The notes under the pieces were generated by a model. That model worked only from the letters and a program-made list of their open reading frames with translations. It made no database searches and had not been told where the DNA came from. A stretch of DNA of 64,000 nt from Candidatus Micrarchaeia archaeon. GTDB taxonomy: Archaea > Micrarchaeota > Micrarchaeia > CAILAH01. The position numbers and the translations under genes were made by a program. This document shows, piece after piece, positions 36,801 through 45,505 of the stretch (positions are counted from its first letter, which is position 1; each line of letters begins with the position of its first letter). The stretch covers positions 96,001 to 160,000 of the forward strand of contig JAVZCB010000002.1 of NCBI GenBank assembly GCA_038874595.1, in the 5' to 3' direction.

Positions 36801-37952
36801 CTAGCGCACCCTTATCTTGGAATTACCCTGCTCTAAGGAAGCTACCGCATTCTTTTTAAGGAGTTTTTTATTGAGGTCTTTATAAGTTGGGGAAGGGTAA
36901 TTTGCATTTGCAAGTGCCATTTCCTTTAACTTAGTATGGCTTATTTTTCCAGTCGCAAAATCAACAAATTCTGGGTAATAGGTGCTAAGTATTGTGAGCA
37001 TAGCAAGAACTTTTGGCACATAATTTACATTCTCAACAAAGCCGCGCAGTGCGTCTGGCTTATTACCTGTATTTTCGGCGCTTGCCACTAAAAATTTAAG
37101 GTAGTCTTGATAAGAGATGGGTTTTTTGCTCTTCTTTGAATTTGCAAGATATTTCCAAGGAAGGCCTGAATTGTATGCTGAAAGTGTAAGGTACATGTCT
37201 CGATTAAAAGTTATATAGAGATCGTAAAGTAGTTGTGCAGCAGCTTTTGCGGAGTCATAGTTCTTATGACGCTTATCGGTCACACCAATCAATCTGCCTT
37301 TTTTATCACGATGCTCCCTGACAAGCCCATATTTTATTGCGGTTTCCCGCGTGAACTGGTAAGGTCCAGCGGCTTTCTTGGGCGAAGAAGTATATGACCA
37401 ATTTGATTCTACTAAAGGAATGAAAGATAATGCCCTTAACTCTTCACGTTCTTTTGGCGTAAGGTTGCCGTTCTTGGCTTCACGCTCAGCAAGCCCTTCT
37501 TGAAATCCTCTCACAGCACCTAGGAGTTCACCTTTACGAAGCGTGCGAAACAGCGCGCTCTGGATTACGTTTGAGTGTGTGCCTGTAGTGTATTCCATAA
37601 CCCAGACCTGGCTAAGAATAGATACTGCATCTGGGCAAGACCTAACTAATTCGAGTAAAAATTTAGGGTCTTTTCTTAAAGATGTGCTCGATATTGGAGG
37701 GAGCTTGCATTTTTGCGGCTCGCTCTCATTATCTCTTTCTTCGGAAACGCCATTCGGGTCCTGAAGAAGCATCTCAAGTGCGGAGTTGGTTGATTGATTC
37801 CTGCATACGTTACTGTTATTGTCGTCATTGCTGTAAATATAACTTTCATTAGGGCTAACACTAGATGTACGGGAAGGAGGAAACAAAGATGCTGCAAATA
37901 TTGCGCTCGGCAGCAGCACAGCCGCGACGAGCCTTTTGAGTAGCCCACTCAT
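36801..37952 (-). CDS. Secreted lytic transglycosylase (SLT/MltD-like, GH23)
   Basis: N-terminal hydrophobic signal; IPLVESNW (catalytic Glu), AAGPYQF...TAIKYGL, DKR...SAKAAAQLL, LSAYNSG, ENVNYVPKVLA. Confidence 0.85.
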   Translation of the reverse strand: MSGLLKRLVAAVLLPSAIFAASLFPPSRTSSVSPNESYIYSNDDNNSNVCRNQSTNSALEMLLQDPNGVSEERDNESEPQKCKLPPISSTSLRKDPKFLLELVRSCPDAVSILSQVWVMEYTTGTHSNVIQSALFRTLRKGELLGAVRGFQEGLAEREAKNGNLTPKEREELRALSFIPLVESNWSYTSSPKKAAGPYQFTRETAIKYGLVREHRDKKGRLIGVTDKRHKNYDSAKAAAQLLYDLYITFNRDMYLTLSAYNSGLPWKYLANSKKSKKPISYQDYLKFLVASAENTGNKPDALRGFVENVNYVPKVLAMLTILSTYYPEFVDFATGKISHTKLKEMALANANYPSPTYKDLNKKLLKKNAVASLEQGNSKIRVR

Positions 37953-38003
37953 AGTGCATCTATTATGTAATTTCTAAAATAAAAACTTTTCTATTTTATA
38001 CGT

Positions 38004-38627
38004 CTATTGTTGAGATGGCTGTGGCTTTTGCGGCTCCTTGAGCAGAATCTCGGTGCTCTCAGCCTGCTTGAGCATCACAATATCCTCTTCATTAACAAAA
38101 ACGTAGTGTGCGGATGCAAGATTGCTGTATATCCTCTTTTGTGCAGACATCTGGGCCGGCTCATCAACTATCTTTGCAATCCCTGTCCACACACCAAACC
38201 ATCCGGCAACCATAAGTATGCTAAACATTGCGCTCAATAAAGGGTAGGATTCCTTTGGGGTGAAAACATCAAGGAGAATTATCAGTGCTCCTGCCACAAT
38301 ATATTTGATGCCCCTTCTCTGATAACTGTGGATTTCGCTGGTATAACTCTCAACCCTCTTTGCAAAGTGCTGGCGTATCCTTCTTATTATTGCTCGCTCA
38401 ACTGTGGGGTCGCGCTTGGATGAGGGAATTGATAATGTAATCTGGAGCTCTTTTGTGTCATACTCGCCACTAGTGCGTTTTATAAGCTCCTTCACAAAAT
38501 CCTCTGAGAGCTCGCGCTTTGAATAATGCGAAATATCAAAATCAGAATATAAGTCTTCGTAGCTCTCCAGCGCAATGTCTATATTCTTAAAAGAAATCTT
38601 TTCCATCAGACCACTTACCATAATCAC
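38004..38627 (-). CDS. Conserved hypothetical two-TM membrane protein
   Basis: IDIALESYEDLYSDFD...RELSEDF N-terminal domain, two TM helices, GWFGVWTG. Confidence 0.75.
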   Translation of the reverse strand: MIMVSGLMEKISFKNIDIALESYEDLYSDFDISHYSKRELSEDFVKELIKRTSGEYDTKELQITLSIPSSKRDPTVERAIIRRIRQHFAKRVESYTSEIHSYQRRGIKYIVAGALIILLDVFTPKESYPLLSAMFSILMVAGWFGVWTGIAKIVDEPAQMSAQKRIYSNLASAHYVFVNEEDIVMLKQAESTEILLKEPQKPQPSQQ

Positions 38628-38648
38628 AATATTGTGTGCGAAATCCTA

Positions 38649-41015
38649 TTACCGCGTCGGTGGATTTTTATTGCCTTGACTGCTGTTACCATTATCCTTT
38701 CCATTGCCACCACTCTTTGGTTGGGCATCTTTGCTTACTGGAGGTTGCCCGCTCATCTCTTCACGTATAACCTCTTCAACTTCCTTCCCTGCTATGACTT
38801 CCCTGCTCACCTTTTCAGCTTCTTCCTTGAGCGCACGCTGGCGTGCGCGCTCATCCGCCCACGAGCGATACGAAATGGAAAGCACTAGCGCTGCAGCCAC
38901 AACTCCTATCACAGGAATGGTCGCTAATGCGGCAATCACAGGTACAAAGAAGTATGCTGCCTTGTGCATGTTTGTCCTACCGAGATATGCTGCTGCAGCA
39001 GCCATCGCAATAACAACAACCCATATCAAATCACACAAAATAACCGGGAGGCCTTCAACATAAAACCCTTCACAGCCGGACTTGACAAGCGCACCCAGCC
39101 CTATTGTCTCTGATATAAACTCTGCTGCAGATTTAGGAGGCTTCTTTTCAATAATTGGCTTCTCAAAGGGCTTTTCAGGTGGCCTCTCAGGTATCTCTAT
39201 CACGCCTCGGTAAGGCTCGCATCCTTCCTTGGACATAACAATAGTATAATTATTTGGGATCTCAACACGCACGTTTATCTCGCCAAACGAATTTGTATCG
39301 TAAATATAATCTCCTATAACAACGCGGACATCACTTATACACTCCTTATCTGGTGAGGTTGCGGTTATGATGAAGTTCTCTTTAGAATACATCTCCTTCG
39401 GGAAAAGCGGGATTATGGGGGGCCAGCTCACTTGGATTGTCCCCTTAAACGTTTGGTAATCCTCCTTACGTGCGGTAAAATCATAACCGCCCGGCTCGGC
39501 AAGTACTATGCTTGTGACCTTGCCATCCGCTCCTGTCGTATAAGTTGGTTTGCCTTTTATCCGTATTTCAACATCCTGAAGAGGGCGGCCAAATGAGCTT
39601 GCTAATACATCAAACTCTTGCCGTGCATAAACGCTTGGTGGATAATCTATATTAAGTGGGTAAAGAAATACATTGACAACTGCGGCGCCATCATCATAAA
39701 GCGCTTTCTTGGCAACAATTGCATATATACCTGGGATTCTAACGGCACCTGGAGAGAATACGCACCTGCCATCCGGGCCCGTTGTGCACACATCTGCAAC
39801 CGCACCTGATGGGGAATATAGTTTTGCCTGGGCACCATCAACTGGCTTGCCCGTCCTTGGGTCTGTTATCGTTACAGAAATCTCTGTACGGACATAGAGC
39901 TCGCTTGGTGATGCAACAGCCAACTTTACTTTTTGGAGGTCAAAATATTCCTCATCCGAACGGATATATCCTCCCTTTGATGCATATGCATAATAGGTTC
40001 CTGCCTCATCAAGAGCAGAGGGGTCTGCCGTATATATTCCGTTCTCATCTGTCTTTCCTGTATCAACAAGGGTGGAAAAACCTCCGTGCTCACGGTAAAC
40101 ACGCACCGTGGCATCTCTTACCGGGTCCCTGCTCGATACTGTAAAAACGACTGGGTCATTAATATACCCTGTTGTTGATACTGAAATGTAAAGGTTTTGC
40201 AGTCTCTCTTCGCCGCCACAGCCCGGTATTGGTACGCACACGCCCCCATCACATCTCTGGCAGTAACCACAGTCTAAATCTGTGATGCATGCAGGCGTAT
40301 AAAGCTTCGCTGTCAGGTTGTTGACTTTTATGTATGTATAGTTGGTCCGTGGAAACACTGCATCCGTGACCCTGTCAACAAGCGTACTATTAATAAAACC
40401 GCTGGCGTTCCATAGAGACACAATAAGATATGGCTTGTTTGTGGTTATTTCACTGTTGCCCGAGTAGTATATTTTCTCAAGGTGTATTACTGTGTTAGTT
40501 GGTGTTGATTTATCAGAATACCTATACTCCCCATAAAGGAGGCCAGTATAGTTAGTAAGGTCAACAAATTGCGGGTTCTGCATCAGTGGTGATGTTGAGA
40601 TGCCTATCGAGAGAATCCCCGGGTAAAATGCTTTGTAAACACTCGTGTCAACATCAACTACTGTGCAGTTTGAAGCATTTACATAAGTTATATTTGCAGG
40701 TATTAACCCTATGCTTATGTTGATTGCCCCTGACCGGTAATAAATAGAAACAAACTTTCCTATGAGCTCTGTACCCTGGTCAGCGCACAGCTCAACATAT
40801 ACATTCGGGTTGGCAAAGGAAGTGTCAACATATGTTGCAGTCCGCGTATCAAAGTAGAGCGTTGCGTTCGAGCCGTTGATAAACACAAGCCGGCCCGAAG
40901 TTATTGCTGCTGAAGGGGCTGATGACACAAGCAGGAATACCAGGATTGCTATAAGTATTGCCCTGCTATGCAAGGGATTTCCTGCCACTGTGTTGCGTTT
41001 ATGCATAACTTGCAC
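38649..41015 (-). CDS. Membrane-anchored surface protein with tandem Ig-like (carboxypeptidase-regulatory-like) repeats
   Basis: Signal peptide; Cys knot CITDLDCGYCQRCDGGVC; four repeats of the form TDxxG...GxYxxxAxKxGY; three C-terminal TM segments and a charged tail. Confidence 0.8.
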   Translation of the reverse strand: MQVMHKRNTVAGNPLHSRAILIAILVFLLVSSAPSAAITSGRLVFINGSNATLYFDTRTATYVDTSFANPNVYVELCADQGTELIGKFVSIYYRSGAINISIGLIPANITYVNASNCTVVDVDTSVYKAFYPGILSIGISTSPLMQNPQFVDLTNYTGLLYGEYRYSDKSTPTNTVIHLEKIYYSGNSEITTNKPYLIVSLWNASGFINSTLVDRVTDAVFPRTNYTYIKVNNLTAKLYTPACITDLDCGYCQRCDGGVCVPIPGCGGEERLQNLYISVSTTGYINDPVVFTVSSRDPVRDATVRVYREHGGFSTLVDTGKTDENGIYTADPSALDEAGTYYAYASKGGYIRSDEEYFDLQKVKLAVASPSELYVRTEISVTITDPRTGKPVDGAQAKLYSPSGAVADVCTTGPDGRCVFSPGAVRIPGIYAIVAKKALYDDGAAVVNVFLYPLNIDYPPSVYARQEFDVLASSFGRPLQDVEIRIKGKPTYTTGADGKVTSIVLAEPGGYDFTARKEDYQTFKGTIQVSWPPIIPLFPKEMYSKENFIITATSPDKECISDVRVVIGDYIYDTNSFGEINVRVEIPNNYTIVMSKEGCEPYRGVIEIPERPPEKPFEKPIIEKKPPKSAAEFISETIGLGALVKSGCEGFYVEGLPVILCDLIWVVVIAMAAAAAYLGRTNMHKAAYFFVPVIAALATIPVIGVVAAALVLSISYRSWADERARQRALKEEAEKVSREVIAGKEVEEVIREEMSGQPPVSKDAQPKSGGNGKDNGNSSQGNKNPPTR

Positions 41016-41021
41016 CTCAAC

Positions 41022-42740
41022 CTACCCTATCCACTTTGAGAGTGCTGCAAACACGTTGTATGCAAACTGCGCTATTTGAGAGATATATTCGTCCCGGTGC
41101 ATTGGGTTTGCAGTGCCCTCCTCAGCCTGTGAAGGTATACGCGCGCTCATATTCAGCAAAGTAAAGTTATACTGGCTTATTAATGCCGTACCGTTTGTCT
41201 GTTGCAGCTCCTCACCTGAGGTTATATTGTAAACCTTGAGGTATAGTGAATATTCCCCTACGTAATTTGAAACCTGCAGATATGCATATTCAGGAGTATA
41301 CAGTTTGTTGCCTGTTGGGATTATTGTATAATTGACAATGCCAAAGCGGGTTCTTGACTCGCCGTAGCTAACTGATTTAAGGCCCCTGTAAGGAGATGTT
41401 GTGCTATCTATGCGCTGTATAGGCGAAAACAGGCTTATGCCATTCACTTCATACATGCGCACCGTAACGTTTGCTGGCACACCATCACTGTCTGTAACGT
41501 TTATTGTGAGGTTGTACGGCCTGCCCGCATCAGGAAATGTTTTTGATTCAATACCATTTATGAATGTGCGAACCCGGTATGTCTTTACAATCGTTAGCAC
41601 CGCAGAACTTTGGTTGTTTGACAAATCACAATCGGCAATTGTGGTCGGGGCGAGCCTCGCCAATATTGTATGTGGCCCTGATGAGTTAAGGCCCGTATTA
41701 AGCGTAAATGACCTGGTTGTTGATGTGTATTTTGCGAGCCCGCCCGCAACTGTAAGCACTTGTGTGGGTATACCATCAAAATAGACGTTGACATCAAAGG
41801 GCTGGGTGATATCAACATTTCCATCATTTCTTATTGTAACCGTGACAAGGACTTGGCCGCCGGCAAACTGCGTTGACGGAGCCAAGCTTACACCAACAAC
41901 CGCCGGGTCCGGGCCAATACAGAAAGACCTATCTATACCGTTTATCAAATAGTACTTTGTGTACTTTGCAGTGTCTGGTGGGGAGACCACTCCTGTATGT
42001 AGCGAGTATGCAACACCGCGCGATACACCTGACCTGCCACCTGTACACGCCCATGCAAAAAGAGAAGGTGACGGCTCACATATGCCTAGCTGGAAGTATG
42101 GAAGGTTTACGTTGTTCGTTGCCGAACCGGTACGTGTATAACTTGTAACCCCTGTTATTGTGAGAGTAACATTACCGGTTGCACTGTTGTATGTGCTTTC
42201 TACATCGTTTGTTGTGTATGCACCACGAAGGTGGCTCTTTGGGCCAACCGCTATGAAGGTATCTGATTCTGTGAACACCTGGTCATCTGAAACGATTGCA
42301 TATATGTACGCAGGGTAAACTGCCGTGCCGCTGTAGAAATTGTACGGGCCTACCGGCTGGCCGCCAACATTGTTTATTGCACTCATACAGCACGTGCCAG
42401 AGCAGTTAGTAAGCTGGGTATGGTCTTTCCCTGTATTATCCTTTGATATGTTTTGGAACCCGGCAACGTTACCTGTCCTGTATACAAACATTACGTACTT
42501 ATTCTGTATTTCTCCAATATTGCCCGGTGCATCAACACAAACCTGTACAACTGTGTCTGGATTACCGCCTACGGAATCAATATATGAAGTGCTCCCTATA
42601 TCCCAGCTCATATTTACGGGAACGCGTTGTGCCTGATTGAAACTCACATTCAAGATTGTTGCGCTTGTTATTGACGCGTATGAGAGCGGTAAGGCAATCA
42701 AGAGTAACAAGAGGAACTTTTTCTTTATCATAAGATGCAC
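41022..42740 (-). CDS. Secreted CARDB-domain surface protein
   Basis: Signal peptide; PDPAVVGV...VTIRNDGN...GPHTILARL...DCDLSNN CARDB pattern. Confidence 0.8.
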   Translation of the reverse strand: MHLMIKKKFLLLLLIALPLSYASITSATILNVSFNQAQRVPVNMSWDIGSTSYIDSVGGNPDTVVQVCVDAPGNIGEIQNKYVMFVYRTGNVAGFQNISKDNTGKDHTQLTNCSGTCCMSAINNVGGQPVGPYNFYSGTAVYPAYIYAIVSDDQVFTESDTFIAVGPKSHLRGAYTTNDVESTYNSATGNVTLTITGVTSYTRTGSATNNVNLPYFQLGICEPSPSLFAWACTGGRSGVSRGVAYSLHTGVVSPPDTAKYTKYYLINGIDRSFCIGPDPAVVGVSLAPSTQFAGGQVLVTVTIRNDGNVDITQPFDVNVYFDGIPTQVLTVAGGLAKYTSTTRSFTLNTGLNSSGPHTILARLAPTTIADCDLSNNQSSAVLTIVKTYRVRTFINGIESKTFPDAGRPYNLTINVTDSDGVPANVTVRMYEVNGISLFSPIQRIDSTTSPYRGLKSVSYGESRTRFGIVNYTIIPTGNKLYTPEYAYLQVSNYVGEYSLYLKVYNITSGEELQQTNGTALISQYNFTLLNMSARIPSQAEEGTANPMHRDEYISQIAQFAYNVFAALSKWIG

Positions 42741-42823
42741 CTTATGCTGCTGAGTATAATTGCGTATGTATTATTTAAATATATATCAGAAGAAGGAGGG
42801 AGGTAATTAACGTTAAGCAATAT

Positions 42824-44536
42824 TTACTGCACCCTAAACAGCATGTTTATATTGTCAACAAATGTGTTTAGAATCCCCATGAATCCTGGCCTTGGCAGGT
42901 CTGGAACATTTATGTTAAGCACGCATGCGCCGTTGCTGCATCCCTGAGTGCACCTTACCCTTGTATTGGTAATTTGGTTATATGTGGTGCAGGAATACTC
43001 TATAACGTAATCCCCATCGCACTGGTCCGTCCGTGCTTGGTGGCCTCGTGTTACCGTTGACCTTTTGAAAATGCTTCCATCGCCATCCTCTTTATCCGGG
43101 TCAACACAATAAATGCCATCCCATATCTTTCCATTCCAGCATTCTTGGTAATTGCTTGCCGTGTATGTCTGGTAATTGAAGCTGTACGGGGATGTGCAGT
43201 AATACTCTGTAAGACGCTCAAAGCTGTTGCACGTGTCACTATATTTAGAATTGCCATATAAAAGCTCACCGTATATTTTGGGGTAGTTGCCGCCATCTGT
43301 ATCATAACAGTAAATGTACTGCTGGCCATCGGCATCACTCTCTCGAACACACTTACCAAGAGAGCATACATAACCAGCTGGGCAGTGCTGGATAACATAA
43401 TCCACATCGCCTTTGGATGTACAATAATAATCCCTTACACGATAGCTGTCAATGCATTCGTCCCTATAAGTAGTAAAGTAACCCGTGGGATATTGATAGA
43501 TAACATCCCCACTGACATATATTTCCTGCCCAACATCTGTATCATAACAGGTCGATGAAAGGTTCACGCAAGCACCGCCATAACAATTATAACCTGCCGG
43601 ACATTTTTTGGTGAACATCTGAAGGTTTGACCCTTCACAGTAATATTCTTTTATTTCGGTTGAAGAAATGCATGAATCTGTATATTCGACACCACGAACA
43701 AATGCCTTGCCCGGTGTGTAAATATCCTTGCCATCACTATCCTGGCAGCTGTTTGATTTGCATGCGCCATCATCACAAATGAAACCTGTAGGGCAAACTG
43801 TTATTTGTGAATCTATCTGCCCATCCTGCGCACAGTAAAAATCAAGCACCTTTTGTGAATTAATGCAATAGTCTGTTTTACTTACGTTGCCGGCAGAAAC
43901 TGTATCTTTCATGTATATATTATAGGGTGTGTCTGTGAGGTTTGAGGTTGTGGTACAGCCCTCAATACACATTCCATCAGAGCACACATAACCTGCCTGG
44001 CAGAAAACCACGGCCTCTTTAATCTCGTTGTTATCGCAGTAGTACTTTACAACCCTATTATTATCAAGGCAGTGGTCTTCTTTTATTACGTCTGCTTTTG
44101 TGGTTTTTCCTTTTGAGTAAGGTGAGAGGCTGTTATCAGAATCTGTGCATTTTGGTAAAACGCATGCACCGCTTTCACAAATATATCCTGCCGGGCACTG
44201 TTCCCGTACGGACTGTATGGCGCCGTTAGCACAGTAGTACTCAAGCACCATTCCACCCGAGCATGAATCGGTGTATGTGTTTCCGTTAATGGTTACCGTA
44301 CCTGCCTGCATAAGGTTTTTTCCGTTGTCACTTTCACTGCATACTGCACAAGCCCCATCATATGCAACTGTTGTACCGGAAGCACTTGCTTTGCAGGCAT
44401 TTCTGTATGTGATGCCGTCAGCACCGCATACCGGGGCGTACGTATCATCACAGTTAAACTGCGTTACGCATCCGCTTATTATAATTATCGAGAAAAGCAC
44501 TGATGCCAGTACGGCCCCGTGGATAAATTGGCGCAT
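42824..44536 (-). CDS. Lipoprotein with a Kazal domain and seven Cys-rich repeats
   Basis: Lipobox-like ISGC; Kazal CDDTYAPVCGADGITYRNAC; repeats CxDxDxG...DxC...EYYC...CPxGYxCxxGxC. Confidence 0.85.
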   Translation of the reverse strand: MRQFIHGAVLASVLFSIIIISGCVTQFNCDDTYAPVCGADGITYRNACKASASGTTVAYDGACAVCSESDNGKNLMQAGTVTINGNTYTDSCSGGMVLEYYCANGAIQSVREQCPAGYICESGACVLPKCTDSDNSLSPYSKGKTTKADVIKEDHCLDNNRVVKYYCDNNEIKEAVVFCQAGYVCSDGMCIEGCTTTSNLTDTPYNIYMKDTVSAGNVSKTDYCINSQKVLDFYCAQDGQIDSQITVCPTGFICDDGACKSNSCQDSDGKDIYTPGKAFVRGVEYTDSCISSTEIKEYYCEGSNLQMFTKKCPAGYNCYGGACVNLSSTCYDTDVGQEIYVSGDVIYQYPTGYFTTYRDECIDSYRVRDYYCTSKGDVDYVIQHCPAGYVCSLGKCVRESDADGQQYIYCYDTDGGNYPKIYGELLYGNSKYSDTCNSFERLTEYYCTSPYSFNYQTYTASNYQECWNGKIWDGIYCVDPDKEDGDGSIFKRSTVTRGHQARTDQCDGDYVIEYSCTTYNQITNTRVRCTQGCSNGACVLNINVPDLPRPGFMGILNTFVDNINMLFRVQ

Positions 44537-44566
44537 ATACCACTTTTTTAAGAAAGGAATATAAAA

Positions 44567-45448
44567 CTAGCATATGATGCGTTTTGAAAGTATGCTTAAT
44601 TCATCAACTACCATGTCCGGCGTGTATGCGCTCAGCGATTTTATAAGACCTGGTTCCTCCAGCATATCCGGGTAGATGGGGATTGCGACGCCGTCAACTG
44701 TTTTGGCATCTGACATATGAAGCGAGAATGGCGCACGCGCAAGCTTTCCTGGAGGTGTTTGGGATGGGTCTAAAATTATTGCATTCGCAACTTTTTCGTG
44801 GCCTGCCAAAACGTTTATACCTATCTCTGCGCATATTTTTTTAGCCCATTTAGTGGCAAAAGATGATGATTGCGATTTGCCAAATGCAAAATACTTATCA
44901 TAAAAAGATTTTGGTTGCGGCTTTTTTAGTAAAATATAAACATGGAATGAGCTCCCTGTGTACTGCACATATATTTTTGATTTCGTGAGTGATTGGAAAT
45001 CACTATCTTCCTGTATTGCAACTACTAGAGAATATGCAACTTTTTGTGCTGTGGCTGTACTTATACCTTCCCCACGGTCTATATCAAAAAATATCCTGTC
45101 TATATAAGTACCTTTCTCACCGTTTGTTGCATAAAATAAGTCTGCAAGCTTTCTTGGTGGGAAATACCTCCATATTATTTGTTGCGTGGGTGTTAACTTA
45201 TCCTTAACATCTTCTAAATGGTGCCCTTTCCGGATTTCAAGAAATTTGTCATCAACGTTCTCTGCAAGCTGTTTGACAAATAAAGGAGGTAATTTGGTAC
45301 CTCGCGTAAGCAGTGGGCGCCGTGCGCCCGGAAACAGCACCTTGCCTGCAAGTTCTTTGCCAGCTAGGAAATTTTTCAGCTTTGATGAAATCGTGGAATA
45401 ATAACCAACAACGTCAAGATCTCCGAATGGGTGCAGAACATCTGGCAT
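44567..45448 (-). CDS. Archaeo-eukaryotic primase superfamily primase-polymerase (LigD PolDom-like), stand-alone
   Basis: DRIFFDID (motif I), TGSSFHVY (motif II), ILD (motif III), ARAPFSL. Confidence 0.78.
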   Translation of the reverse strand: MPDVLHPFGDLDVVGYYSTISSKLKNFLAGKELAGKVLFPGARRPLLTRGTKLPPLFVKQLAENVDDKFLEIRKGHHLEDVKDKLTPTQQIIWRYFPPRKLADLFYATNGEKGTYIDRIFFDIDRGEGISTATAQKVAYSLVVAIQEDSDFQSLTKSKIYVQYTGSSFHVYILLKKPQPKSFYDKYFAFGKSQSSSFATKWAKKICAEIGINVLAGHEKVANAIILDPSQTPPGKLARAPFSLHMSDAKTVDGVAIPIYPDMLEEPGLIKSLSAYTPDMVVDELSILSKRIIC

Positions 45449-45505
45449 AATTCTAATATGTTCACATATTTATAAAAATTGCCGAATAGAATCAAAGGAT
45501 AAGAA

